From Adineta vaga (lineage: Eukaryota; Animalia; Rotifera), in the NCBI GenBank assembly GCA_021613535.1, contig CP075492.1:16244001-16308000 (forward strand): a DNA stretch of 64,000 nucleotides, in the 5' to 3' direction. A program made the translations under genes and the position numbers. The notes beneath the pieces were generated by a model. It was not told the DNA's origin. It ran no database searches and saw only the letters and a list, made by a program, of their open reading frames with translations. This document shows, piece after piece, positions 49,021 to 61,358 of the stretch. Positions within the stretch are counted from its first letter, which is position 1. Every line of letters begins with the position of its first letter.

Positions 49021-49745
49021 GTAAAAAATAGCACCCTCACTGACAATCACACACTTTTGTATATCACAAGTTTTAGGATACATTAGTTACTGTACGAAGA
49101 GCACCTATCCGCATCTTTACATCGATGCAACCTGATCGATCGTCAAAAGACAGTTTTGTTGCATGCCGTATAGCTGAAAGACAGAGACGACCCTACAAAT
49201 GTCATTCGGCTGAGTCATGCTATCCTAGCGGATCATACTGCAACGAGCATCTGCTATTTTTTACACAACATTCGTCAACAAATTGTAATCTTAGTAGACA
49301 AAGTTGTGCAGTCATTTTTGACGTCATTTAACTGGCATTCAACCATGAAGACGTTCACAATCATCTGAAACGATGTTGTAATGTCCTGCTACGAAACTAG
49401 GACACAAAACAGCTACGTTCTCGATCTTTCCCACGTATTTGCTGTTCTCACAATAGCGAAGACGTCGTCGAAAAGCTTAGTTCTTGTGCTTTTGAAGTAG
49501 CCGATAATTCGATGGGTCCTTCAGGCGAGGTCCATGAGAGACTCTAAGTGGTACTAAAGCGATTATTCACGAATCGCCGTTCAATATTGAAGCGGTCTGT
49601 AGATTTCCGCAGCTTGCGAACTTGCTGAACTCGAAGATGACATACGAACACGAAACAAACCCACTTTTTCCACGTCCAATTGTTCGAGTTTTCTATAAAA
49701 GATTCGCTTATCTGCCCTGATGGACATCTTTACTCACCGAATTCG

Positions 49746-49825
49746 CAAGATGTGGGTGTGGGTATGTGTTTCTTCTTCACTCATCCGCATACTCACACTA
49801 ACTCTCTTCCACATCCACACCCACA
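49746..49825. repeat. Telomere-hexamer fold-back mini-element (degenerate)
   Basis: GATGTGGGTGTGGGT...TCTTCTTCACTCATCC...CCACATCCACACCCACA. Confidence 0.65.
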
Positions 49826-50004
49826 ATATGCATAGCGAGATGAAGAAGGACGTTGACCTTTTCAAGGACATGATTGATTTGCAAACTAGATTCAAAATTT
49901 TCATCTTAAAAAATCTTTATTTGAAGAGGACAAAGATAAGAGCTTTCTAAACAATTCCATGAGGATAAGGTTACATCCATCGAATAGTATTCTCATTAAA
50001 GCTT

Positions 50005-50734
50005 TTATATTCGTCCACAGACGATGTCTCTTGCTAGTCCGGACTTGATCAATCGATCGAATTCATTTCTCTCTATTTGACCCGACCCATTCGTGTCAGC
50101 AAGGAGGATACACAGATCAATACGATACTAGAAGAAAAATAATTAGAGGCGATTCAAATCGTCCTTGGCCTATTAGATAAGAAATTACTTGATCAGTAAG
50201 GATTGACAGAAAAGCTTGCAGTTCTTCAGGTGAAATCCGACCATCGGAAATGTTTATTGATCGACCATAGAGACCTCTTGCTTGTTGGTCGAGAATACTG
50301 AAAGCATGATCGATATCAGACGAGCGCTCCTGGTGATTACCCATCATAAATGCTTTCAAGACCTGAACGAAATCTAACCATGCCAATTTCGGAGCTGACG
50401 AGTGAACACGTTCTGAAATTCAATTAATCAACTAGAGTCTACGCAGATGGCAGCTTAACAATAAAGTGTACTGACTTCCTTGATACTCGTGCTCGGTTAT
50501 CGTTCGAGAATGAACCGTGCGACCACCTTCGTTCAATTCTACGGTCACAGCTATAATTCTTCCATCTTGGATGCTCTCCCTGAATTTAGAAGTCCGAGTC
50601 GACCACGATGAGGTCTCCGGAAAATAGAATCGTTCTATTTTTTTGAACGAAAATTAATAAATAGAAATGATATGAATGGGCTCACCAGGTCGTGTGAAAC
50701 TTCCATGAATGATGCTGCCTGGCGTATCTGTCAT
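50005..50734 (-). CDS. EF-hand calcium-binding protein, 4 exons, ~184 aa
   Basis: Exons 50734-50686, 50634-50476, 50412-50189, 50127-50005 splice in frame. Canonical loop DTNGSGQIERNE, plus a preceding DGRISPEEL EF-hand with an insertion. Confidence 0.8.
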
Positions 50735-52039
50735 TTTTGATCAATCAATAAGACAACGTATGATGGTATGTAGTGAAAATGAGGTACTTACATCCCACTG
50801 GAACTAAATTGTAAGCTGAAAGATTGAATGCCATCGTTTGCTTTTTGTTTATCTATTACAAAGTTGTAACAGGCGATGAAGTGACACTCTTATGACATTA
50901 TCAGCCAGTGAAACTTCGAAATGCGCGTCAGGATATAAGTATCATATTTTGCAGAAGAGGTTTAAACTAAGTTCACGATTAGATGAGTTTTTACACTATT
51001 CTTCTTATATTTAGAAACAAGGAAAATTGAAACCTTTCAATCTATCACGAATTTCGATAAACTAGCTAATGTATGCAATGCAACTGTTAAAAGCTCTACC
51101 CTCTGAGCAAAAACAAAAAAGAACAAGATTCTGCTCCAATCTTCGATTGTGGTTTTTTCATGCATAGACTCTAAGTTCCTGAAAATATGCATGTCTCAGT
51201 CTTTTCAAACCTTACAATAAAAACATTTGGGTTGTTCGGCTGTCTAAAAAGGCTTCGTTCATAAAATGTATTGGAAACGCTGCCTGCACTTTCAGACAAC
51301 TTTCAATGAAAAGGAGAAACCTGTCGGCCATGGGGCAAAAACAGAAAAAACACTACCTTGGATGCACAAATTATCGCGCTGAAGACGAAATAGAAATTGT
51401 GCTTCTGTTTATATGCCGCGGGTAGGGTGGTGATTTTGTGAGAGCATACTGCGTGAGCTTTTCGAACTGTGTGACAACGAACAGTACGACGAAATAAGAG
51501 AAAAACTGAGTTGTTAATTCTGCGTCGCCATACTCACCATGAATCTGTAGTAATGAAGAACGAAGTTGTTGTTTTATTGTCGGTAAAGTAAAATACTTTT
51601 GCGCCGATTGTTGTGAGTTGCGGGAAAAACACACATGAGTGCGATTCAGAGAAGGTAAAAAACCCATAGAGTGTGCACACTCCTACCGAGCACAGTAGGG
51701 AGTGTTGTCGTAATGCCGCTGCACTGATTATCGAGATTCTCGATGCATCCTCTTCGATAGTTTCTCGTCTGCATGTCTACCGCGCTTTCAACGAAAAACG
51801 TCACTGTACTGGTTTTCATATCACGAAAATGACAACACTCCTTATTGACCATTGAGAATGGTCTCCTTCGATCGGCTCAGCAATGTAACTCGACTTCGCC
51901 ATTCCATCCAACACATAGAACGGAATCGGCCATGGACTGTATGCGACTAATGATTGGTCTGCAACGTTCATAATCAGACTGTCTTTCCATCGAGTCGTCA
52001 AGAATAACTTATCACTCGTCCAATGCGGGTAAGAGTGAA

Positions 52040-52676
52040 GACAAGTCGAATCCTCAAGCTCCGAAGAGGAATTTTCCGATAATGAATTAGATTTACAAGT
52101 ATGGAATGAAATAAATTCAGAATCGGATGGTGAATTCAAAGAAGACTATGGAATCGTCGAAGAAGCAAATCCAACTTCACAGGATAATACAATCTATCCT
52201 ATTGATTGTTATTGCCATTTCATCACTGATGAAATCATTAGCCTGATGGTTCTCGAAACTAATCGATATTCACAACAACACTTACAAGCTCAAGAACTTA
52301 CCTAACGATCAAAAACTCTTCAATGGAAACCAACTACTCATGAAGAAATGTTAAAATTCTGGGGAATTATCATCGTAATGGGTTTGTTACAACTGCCAAA
52401 AATGGACGATTATTGGAGCAAAAGTAAGTTATATGGTTCCAAAGTTATTCAAAACACCATGTCAAGAGACAAATTTGAATTACTTCTCAAATTCTATCAT
52501 TTTTCGAACAATGAGGAGCAACGTGAAGATGACGACTGATTGTTCAAGCTGAAACGACTTCTTGACCTATTGCAACTGAGATTTATGTCAGTTTACGTTC
52601 CCGGTTCAATTATTACTATTGACGAAATAATGGTTCCATGGAAAGGAAGACTTCTCTTCAAACAATATATTCCTGG
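52040..52676 (+). mobile_element. Degenerate piggyBac transposase fragment (relative of the 41954 copy)
   Basis: PIDCYCHFITDE, YWSKSKLYGSKVIQNTMSRDKFELLLKF, IDEIMVPWKGRL; internal stops; ends at the LTR. Confidence 0.9.
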
Positions 52677-52849
52677 TGTTAGCGGCACGTCCCTCGATCT
52701 ATCTTTTCTCTAGTCTTTGTTCTCTCCCGCTCGCTCTCCTTCTCTTCTTATATAACCGCGTGTGTTTTCATGTATGAGGAGATATAGAGATTTTAATTCG
52801 AAATAAACATATCAGCTCGTGTTCGAGCCAGCATATTGGTGCCGTGACC
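52677..52849 (+). mobile_element. Short 5' LTR (157 bp) plus tRNA-His primer-binding site of a truncated LTR retrotransposon
   Basis: TGTTAGC...GCCAGCA (52677-52833) containing TATATAA and AATAAA, followed by TGGTGCCGTGACC (52837-52849). Confidence 0.8.
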
Positions 52850-53228
52850 CACTCTTCTTTATTTATTTCATCAAAGAAGGGATAATTATTGGGGCTCATT
52901 AACTCATCCTTAACAGGAAAGAGTCATTCACATCTCATCCGTGACGGAAAGAGAGTTAGCTACAATCATTGATTACATTTATTAATTAGAATTATTCGGA
53001 TTATCCAGACGAAGGAGGTACCGTATTCTTCATATATTTGAACTTTCTTTTCGTTCTGTTAGAAATACCTATACAAGCACAGCGGGTGGCGTGGACAAAC
53101 ATCACAGAGAAAAATAAGTGAACGTCTTCATCTATACGAAACCATAATATATTCCATGGCAACCACGTAAGAAAAAGATGACGAACGACTCGACTATAAA
53201 AAATAAGAAAATAACTTCAGCATAAGAT

Positions 53229-53283
53229 ATCTCGACGGTGGGTGTGGGTGAAGGAACAAGTGTTTTCCACACCCACACCCTCA
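53229..53283. repeat. Telomere-hexamer fold-back mini-element
   Basis: ATCTCGACGGTGGGTGTGGGTGAAGGA...CCACACCCACACCCTCA. Confidence 0.8.
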
Positions 53284-53543
53284 TAAAATACCAACAAAAT
53301 TCTTCCTTAGCATTAATCATCCAAAAGCAAATCTAATATATAGTTTTATGACGCATGTAATAGAGAGATGATATCAGGAAAAAAAACAGCCAATATAACT
53401 GTAATGTCACGTCTGAAATCGATGACGTTAGCTAACACAACGTAACGTAAATATTTGGAAATAACCTTACTTTTTTTTTGCATCGAATGCAAATAGTTCT
53501 AATCCTTTATTAAAGTATAAATGCGAGCATATTCTCAGATAAG

Positions 53544-55664
53544 ATGGGTGGAAAAAAGTCTAAACCTATTCTTGATTCTCCTGATGGATCAACAAGAGTA
53601 GCACAAATATCATCAGATATTGGTTTAGAAAGAAATATTGAACAAAATTATCTTCTCATTTGGCTAAATCCATATTTTAACGAGAACAATGTAAATTGTC
53701 GTAATTCTGTTACTTATTTGAGACATATTTTCAGTACTATTCATACATTCACAGATGTCGATCATTGTATCGATTATCTTACTGATGTCAAAAATGAAAA
53801 AGTCTTTATGATTATTTCCAGTGCTATTGATCAAACTTTAATACATCTCATTCATGATATATATCAACTTGATTCCATCTATATACTTTGTGAAAATCTT
53901 TCATGGCACGAACAGTGGGCAACAAGCTGGCCCAAAGTAAAAGGTATTTTCATACAATTATTATCCGTTTCAAGAGCATTAAAAGAAGTAACTAAACGAT
54001 GTGATCAAGATCTAATTTCGTTAAGCTTTTGTTCACCAAATAACAATACATCCGATTTTAATCGTGATGAACTCGATCAATCATTTATGTACACACAATT
54101 ATTTAAAGAAATTCTGTTAGAAATCGACTACGATAAACAAGCGATTGAAGACTTTGTCTCTTGCTGTCGTCAACAATATTCAAATAATGATACTAATTTT
54201 GATTTTATCAATAAATTCGAACACGAATATTATCTTCATTCTCCCATTTGGTGGTATACTCACACATGGTTTTTATATTCATTGGTTAATCGAGCTTTAC
54301 GCAATATGGAAGTTGATATTATCATTAAATTAGGTTTCTTCATATCCGCTCTTCATCAACACATCGAACAACTCTACACAGAACAATTTGCCAGTGCTCA
54401 AAAACAATATTTTATAGTTTACCGAGGACAAGGTTTATCGACGAGAGACTTTGAAAAACTTATGAAAGCGAAAGGTGGATTGATTTCATTTAATAATTTC
54501 TTGTCGACAAGTATCGATAGAGACGTATCACTTGCTTTTGCTGATAGTAATCGAAATAATCCTAATACAATAGGAGTTCTTTTTAAAATGACAATTGATC
54601 CAAGAATCTCATCATCACCGTTTGCTCGCTTGGATAATACTAGTTGCTTTATGAATGAACAAGAAATCCTGTTTTCTATGCATACAGTTTTTCGTATTGA
54701 TTCATTAGAACCTTTCGTCGACAATCAACAGATTTGGCAGGTTGCGCTGACACTCACTAATAATACTGACCAACAGCTTAATTCAGTTGCAGATGGAATA
54801 CGACATAGATTAGCGGGACTGTCTGAACCCGTTCGATTGATTGGCATACTCAGTCTGCTTGCTAACTTCAAAGAAGCCGAAGACTTGCTAAATACTGTAG
54901 ACAGTCACATGTTTGATGATGACGATAAAGCAGGTTTGTCTCTGATGACTGGTTCTTTAAAAATTGCACAAGAGGACTATGAGGGAGCAATGTCACTTTT
55001 GACAGAGGCACTTGATATTCTCCAAAGGAATCCGACTCAAAATTATCTTTTCATTGCTTTTGCCTATAGCAGTATTGGGTCAGTATACTACCATATGGGA
55101 GAGTACTTACGAGCGATTTCTTCTTATGAAAAAGCAATGGAAATTTTGCCTGAATGTCCCTCTTCAAATGATAATTATTTGGCTATTATCTATAAAAGTG
55201 TTGGGTTGGTTTATTCTAAGATGGGAGAGTATTCAAAAGCGATTTTTTTCCATAAAAAAGCGATCGCTATCTATCAAAAAGAAAATCTTCCTGGGAACGA
55301 TACACATTTGCTTGTGTCCTATAAAGACCTTGGTTTCGTTTATGAAAATATAAAAGACTACTCAACATCAGTTTATTTTTATGAAAAAGGACTTCAACTG
55401 TGCCAACGAATGGTTCTTCCAGATCATCCTCATTTGGCTATTTACTACAAAGATATCGCATCTGTGTATTTCAAGATGCATAACTACCATAAAGCACTTC
55501 GATATTACCAACAAGCACTTCAAATATGTCAAAAATGTCTGCCTTCAAATCATCTTAGGTTAGGTGAAATGTATTCGATAATTGGTCGCGTTTATAACAA
55601 AATGGGAGAGTACTCAAAAGGAATTGCTTTCTCTAAAAAAGCACTTAAAATTCTTACTCAATGA
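53544..55664 (+). CDS. ADP-ribosyltransferase (R-S-E) plus ~6 TPR repeats, 706 aa
   Basis: MGGKKSK start; YLLIWLN domain; VYRGQG, FLSTS and EQEIL motifs; TPRs. Paralog of 25469-29614. Confidence 0.9.
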   Translation: MGGKKSKPILDSPDGSTRVAQISSDIGLERNIEQNYLLIWLNPYFNENNVNCRNSVTYLRHIFSTIHTFTDVDHCIDYLTDVKNEKVFMIISSAIDQTLIHLIHDIYQLDSIYILCENLSWHEQWATSWPKVKGIFIQLLSVSRALKEVTKRCDQDLISLSFCSPNNNTSDFNRDELDQSFMYTQLFKEILLEIDYDKQAIEDFVSCCRQQYSNNDTNFDFINKFEHEYYLHSPIWWYTHTWFLYSLVNRALRNMEVDIIIKLGFFISALHQHIEQLYTEQFASAQKQYFIVYRGQGLSTRDFEKLMKAKGGLISFNNFLSTSIDRDVSLAFADSNRNNPNTIGVLFKMTIDPRISSSPFARLDNTSCFMNEQEILFSMHTVFRIDSLEPFVDNQQIWQVALTLTNNTDQQLNSVADGIRHRLAGLSEPVRLIGILSLLANFKEAEDLLNTVDSHMFDDDDKAGLSLMTGSLKIAQEDYEGAMSLLTEALDILQRNPTQNYLFIAFAYSSIGSVYYHMGEYLRAISSYEKAMEILPECPSSNDNYLAIIYKSVGLVYSKMGEYSKAIFFHKKAIAIYQKENLPGNDTHLLVSYKDLGFVYENIKDYSTSVYFYEKGLQLCQRMVLPDHPHLAIYYKDIASVYFKMHNYHKALRYYQQALQICQKCLPSNHLRLGEMYSIIGRVYNKMGEYSKGIAFSKKALKILTQ

Positions 55665-55899
55665 TCTTCTACAAAACATCTTAATACGGAGTAGACCAGA
55701 ATTTTGATAATTACATCCACAAGTTCAATACAAATTTGTTTGAGTATCAGAGTGAAAATTTTTGATAAATAATTCTATTATGCCTTATAAAAAGCTATGA
55801 TAGGAAATATACGCATATTCTTCGTTTTCTCATTGATAAGAGTATAAAACACATTGTGTTTCGTATATGAAATCATAATACAAAAAAGAAACTGTTCAA

Positions 55900-56440
55900 G
55901 CCAGAGATGTCCATGGCGGTGCTGCTCACTGTATAATTTCACACATACATCATGATCAAATGATATTGACTTGTCATCTTTGAGAATAGCATAAACAATA
56001 CGGCGATCATAGATGAAGACGGATGGTGAACGTGTTGGAATAATATCAACTAGTGTTGAATCGATATTTAAATTTATTTTTACATTGTTAATACATGCCT
56101 GTAATACTTCTTATAATTGTTCACCGACGTATAAGTCAACAGATGTATGCGACGGAATGAATACGAAACGACCATTGGTTGCACGAGCAAGACTTTTGAT
56201 AAGCGAACGACTTGGTGCATGATCTAAACCAAATGAAAAAATTCTGACGGAAGCCCTCATCCAGCGACATTGGAAATTTCACCATCTGAGAGAACTCTTG
56301 AAGCCATTTCAAAGGTGGCAACTAAAAAAAAAGAAACATCAAAATCAGTATATTATATTCAATAAAACTATAAAAATTACTTACTAGTCCAGTGCCATCA
56401 TGTCTGCACCCATGCTGTTAATAAGTTCTTCAGTAGGTGT
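55900..56440 (-). pseudogene. VWA5A-like (VIT/vWA) gene remnant
   Basis: Across shifting frames: INSMGADM..GT.L | LPPLKWL, SDGEISNV, RIFSFGLDHAPSRSLIKSLARATNGRFVFIP; stops and deletions present. Confidence 0.7.
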
Positions 56441-57566
56441 AAATTATGCCATAATAGAATCAGATTCGACTGATTTTCTACTAAATTGAAATCCATGATT
56501 ATGTCTCGATCTAAATGAGTGTAATCTCATGGGGGAATTCGGATTATCTCACGTATGTTAGTTAGACATAAATTATGAAATAATCATCATCTTTAGAACA
56601 GATGATCAACTGAAATTTGTTCAACGAAAGGTATGCATCTATTTGTTATTTATGATATTGTGATCAAGTAGAATACCTTTCTACATGATTATCTTATTAT
56701 ATTTGTAATTGAATAATAAACCTAAACAATGGTTTATTCTAATGTATAATCATACGATTTCATAGAAATAAAGATATCAAAAAAGTATGTTACCTAGTTA
56801 AGCTATTACCATTGTAATATCCAATATTAATATTTAGAAAATGATTATATGAATCAAAATATCTGTTTCAATAAAATAGTGATTAATAACACCACAGCAT
56901 AGTACAGCCTTTATACATATAGTTACATTGGAATTTTGAGTATAGAAATGATTATAAAATAAAGAAGTAATCAGTTAAAAATGAAAAATAATGAAATATA
57001 GATAAATATACATTGAATTGCTTTATGAGTAAAAAAAAATTATCGAGTATATACAAAGAATTCGAAGAATATGGTAATTTCTCGTTGATAAATCTTGAAC
57101 TATAATGAAATTCAAATTAATGAATTGTTCTCAATTTTATTAAAACGTACCTTGTTTTTGTCGTTTTGTTGAGCTTTTCGTTATTCAAACGTTGTTCGAT
57201 AACAATTTTTTCAGTAATTGTTTGCCCATGAGATCGATCTAAAGAACTGTTCGCTTTGTTGGTTTTCTTGATGTTTCATTTGACGATGTGGAAAACACTC
57301 ATTGTATTGCACTTCTAATTGCTGTTAATGGATGTTGAAATTTTTGTGATGATGAATTCATCATCTCATCATTTAAGAAAAAGACTTTCTATTTTAGTGA
57401 TAGTGCATATAAGACACAATTACCTTCATCATACGTATTAATACCAATTGTTGCAATATCTGCTTTTCTTTTTTTTCCTCGTTGTTGTACTTGAACTAAT
57501 TGATGATTTTTTATCAATGATACTTTTCTCTCTGAAATTCCTCTTTCTTCTTCTATTGACTCTACA

Positions 57567-57630
57567 GAGGATGTGGGTGTGAAGAAGAGATACCTTGGCC
57601 CGCATCCACCCACACCATCACCCTCAAGAT
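57567..57630. repeat. Telomere-hexamer fold-back mini-element
   Basis: GAGGATGTGGGTGTGAAGAAGA...CCACCCACACCATCACCCTCAAGAT. Confidence 0.8.
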
Positions 57631-58550
57631 GGACTAGATTTAATCATTTGAGCAAACGTTTTTGGATTGGTTGGATAGAACCGGTCGAGTTATCTCTAAA
57701 AATGTTGCTTTCAATAGTTTCAGGCAAATTTTTCTATAAAACTTTCGAAAAATCTTATTGCTTGGAATACGATTAGTATACGGCCATATATTTATCGTTC
57801 GAAAGTATTTTATTCTAAAAGTGCATAGTAGATCGGATGTGGAAAAAAAACCTATTTCAACGAGATTACAAAATAAAACAGCTCTAACTATGAATAGAAT
57901 TACTGACAGTTCTGACAGCCGCCAAAAAAGATTATGAATGAACTTTGAATGAAATTCTTCCTTCATTGAGAAAAAGGACTTGCGTCGGATGCCTAAAGCA
58001 ACACCATGCTATAAATGGTTAAAATTATGCTTGTATATAACAGATCATTATAAAATATCTTTAGCTGAATTAAAGAAAGAGCTAACGTCAGATTCAGTTT
58101 GAATTTCTCTCAGATTTTGCGTTGTTTTAACATTCAAACACCAATACATCCATATTTTCTTCCATGCCATCAATTGATTCTTATTTCTTGATAAACAAAC
58201 TATATTATTATAAACTATCTAAATTTCTTGACGTCAAGACTCAAGAAATATATAGTTCGATGTAGTTTTATCTCTGCTTTTAAATGATGAAAATCGTGAG
58301 TCTATATTTTTCTCTATCGAACATTATTCTAAAAATATCCGTTCTACTCCTCCTTCTTTTTTGAAAGAAATACTACTACTCAGCATGAATAAACATAACG
58401 AGCAGTCGTAATTCACGGGTGAACACATTCATTAAGATATTCTTATACGCAGTTCGATAATCTTTATCTAGAAAGAAAAAGAAAAAGAAAAAGAGAAAAC
58501 ATCAACGTATTATCATTACATTAGAAAGGAGTAAAATAGATTACGTGAGG

Positions 58551-59593
58551 ATGTCAAATTCCACTGTTTTACCATTTACTTTTGCTTCTCAACAAATGGT
58601 TATCTATGTAGGCACCTTTCTCTTGGTTGCTGGTCTCATTGGTAGTCCATTGATTCTACTTGTATTTCTTAGTCTTCGAACTTTTCGACAAAGTTCATGT
58701 GTATTCTATCTAACTGTTATGTCAACTGTTAATATTTTTCATTTATTTTATGGTTTATTCACTTATATCATAATCAATGGGTTTACGATTAATTGGTTGA
58801 ATATGTCACTGTTGTATTGTAAATTCCGTCTATTCTTTGTTCAATTAGGTCTACTAACATCCTTTTCATGCATGTGTTTCGCAACTATTGATCAATTCCT
58901 GGTAACTAGTTCTCGGCCGCAATGGCATCGATGGTGTAATATCAAAGTAGCTCGTTATATGTTGATAGGAGCAGTTATACTTTGGATTTTACATGGAATT
59001 CCATTTATAGTGTATCACAATCATACTCTATCACCGATAACAGGAAAAATAAGTTGTATAATAACAAATGTCATATTTCAAAAGTATTACAACGTTTTTT
59101 ATGGGCCTATCCTCATAAGTACTTTACCGATTATAAGTATGATCTTATTTGGAATTTTAGCATATCGAAACGTTCAGCAAATAGCTTATCGAGCAGTCCC
59201 ATTAGTTCGACGAGAATTAGATAAGCAATTAACAACGATAGTTCTTGTACAAGTCTTTTATGATGCTATTGCACTTATACCATTAGCCATTATGAGCATA
59301 TTTAATAGTATTTATGGTATTCCAAGTGATCCTTTTTCGGCAGCACAATTGACTTTTATCACAGCTTTAGGTTACACCATATCTAATTTTCGTTATGCGG
59401 TAAATATTAATCATAGTGAAACATCTTCTTTAAAAACTATGCATTTTTTAAATATTTTCAGGGATCATTTTACATATATGTATGTGTATCACAACGATTT
59501 CGTCAACAATTAATCTATGTTTTGTTTACTATTCATTTCAATCGATTTCGTCATCGAAAAGTAAATAATAATCAAGTAGAACCAGAGACATGA
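58551..59593 (+). CDS. Rhodopsin-like GPCR, 2 exons
   Basis: Exons 58551-59399 and 59462-59593; YCKFR, ATIDQF, RRELDKQLT and FYIYVCVSQRFR motifs. Confidence 0.88.
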
Positions 59594-60060
59594 TGCTTTC
59601 ATATATTTTTGTGTGTTGTATTGTTATTTAATACTTTCTATGGCATGTCGTAAATAAAATATAACAGAGTCATTCGCCTTTTTAACAATAGACAAAAATG
59701 AATTATTTCACAGAAAATAGCTAAAGAAAAGACAATCATGGGTGTGGGATGTGAGTGAAGCATAGACATTCAAACCCTTATTTTTTTCTTTGGATATTAA
59801 CTTCTTCCGGCTCACATCAAGATTTCTTACAAAGAATGGTATATATGAGTACTTTACTCGCAAGATGGGGAAGTGACTTTTAGACATATATTTTCATTTT
59901 ATTCCTTCGATTCGCTTTACAGCACCACTTGATATTCTGTCATGATAGATTGTTGATAAGACATAGTCAATATTTGTCTACTTTTTTCCTTTCTGTATAC
60001 GATATGCAGTTGCGGAAGAGACAAGAACGAAGTAGCATTTCTTTTTTTTTTATCAAAAAA

Positions 60061-61090
60061 ATGAGTGATCACATCGTTCCGTCACGTTTAGAAGATCTAC
60101 CAAACGAAATCCTTATTAGTATTTTCTATAGATTTTATGAATTAAACCAACGTTTCGACGCTCTACTGTCTTCTTATACGGTACCTAAACTACTGGTAGT
60201 TGACGAAGACAAGCTAACAGAGCCATGTATGGAATTATTTCTGCCGCGAGCGCATAGTCTGTATCTGAGAGTCAATTGGCCAAGTGCCGAGCAAGTTCTC
60301 ACTCAGTTTTATCTTGTAGAGAGATTAGTTCACCTTGAACAATTACGTCTGTCTAATAAAGCCAAGGTTCATTCGATACTCTATGAACTGATTTTCTCCA
60401 ACGTTTTTCCATCTCTTAAACGCTGTTTATTTGGGTTCGGTTGAGTCGTCATCGAATTGGATTGGCTCCCCTGGGCTAGTAACAGTTTGTTTGGCTCTTT
60501 ATGATCCAGAAACGTTCGAATGCGTTCTGACTGCTTGTTCCAATTTAAAATCGCTCGACATACACGGTTCTTGGGGAATTACAATCAACCACAACCAGTC
60601 ACCGTCATATATCACCCAAGCATTTCGTGCTCCTCGCAGTAATCCAGACGCTATTACTTATTCGAGTTTACGACGACTCGGCGTCATGCTGAAGGGCCGA
60701 CGAGACATCGCTACTGATCTTGATAACATACTGACACTTGTACCCAATGTGGAGCGTTTAGTTTTGTTGTACGGAACTTTGTACGAATATAATGTGGTGG
60801 AAACATTCGCCATGATCGCCCAACGTTTGCCTTATCTGCAGAGGATAGACTGTGATCTTAGTTTAAGCTTGCCGCAGCATAACACATCAATTATCAACTA
60901 TATTCAGCAACTGCATGCAAGCTTCAACCAGCTTCATATTGATCAGGCTTATATTTTCTATTTCCTGCGAACATATGCGAGAAGTGCTTCGAACGCACCA
61001 TTTCCGTTCTCAACAGTATTTCCTCAGAACTGTGTTGGTTTTACTTTTTCTGGCGATAGTGTTGTACCACTACAATTCAGCAACACTTAG
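60061..61090 (+). pseudogene. F-box-like / LRR-like gene with frameshift at ~60430
   Basis: SRLEDLPNEILISIF start, apparently shortened after the F-box; ORFs 59929-60444 and 60431-61090 overlap in different frames. Confidence 0.65.
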
Positions 61091-61301
61091 CAGCCGATGC
61101 GTTCTTTGTCTTAGAATGGTGACTACCAAAATTATGCATTGGATAACCATTTTGTGAAAAACTTTTATGTATATTTGTTAAACAAGACAATGGAATAAAA
61201 ACTTTTCTTTCGAGAAAATATGACGAACTATGTTTCAGTTACGATAATAACAAAGAAGTAGTAGTTTCGATTAGTGGCGTAACCTGAGTTTAGCATGTTC
61301 A

Positions 61302-61358
61302 GATGCGTAGATGGGTGTGGGTATGAAAGATTCTCTTCACCCACACCCACACCCTCAA
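61302..61358. repeat. Telomere-hexamer fold-back mini-element
   Basis: GATGGGTGTGGGTATGAAAGA-TTCTCTTCACCCACACCCACACCCTCAA. Confidence 0.8.

Noticed and set aside
49100-49640. Possible decayed coding sequence on the minus strand (MSSSSSASSQAAEIYRP...)
   Set aside because: Many stops and no recognisable motif.
51300-52040. GC-richer stretch with several short ORFs before the piggyBac remnant
   Set aside because: No frame gave a recognisable domain or TIR.
57140-57566. Minus-strand fragment resembling a pogo/DDE_1 transposase C-terminal tail
   Set aside because: Only weak compositional similarity with broken frames; mentioned only as a possible truncated fragment.
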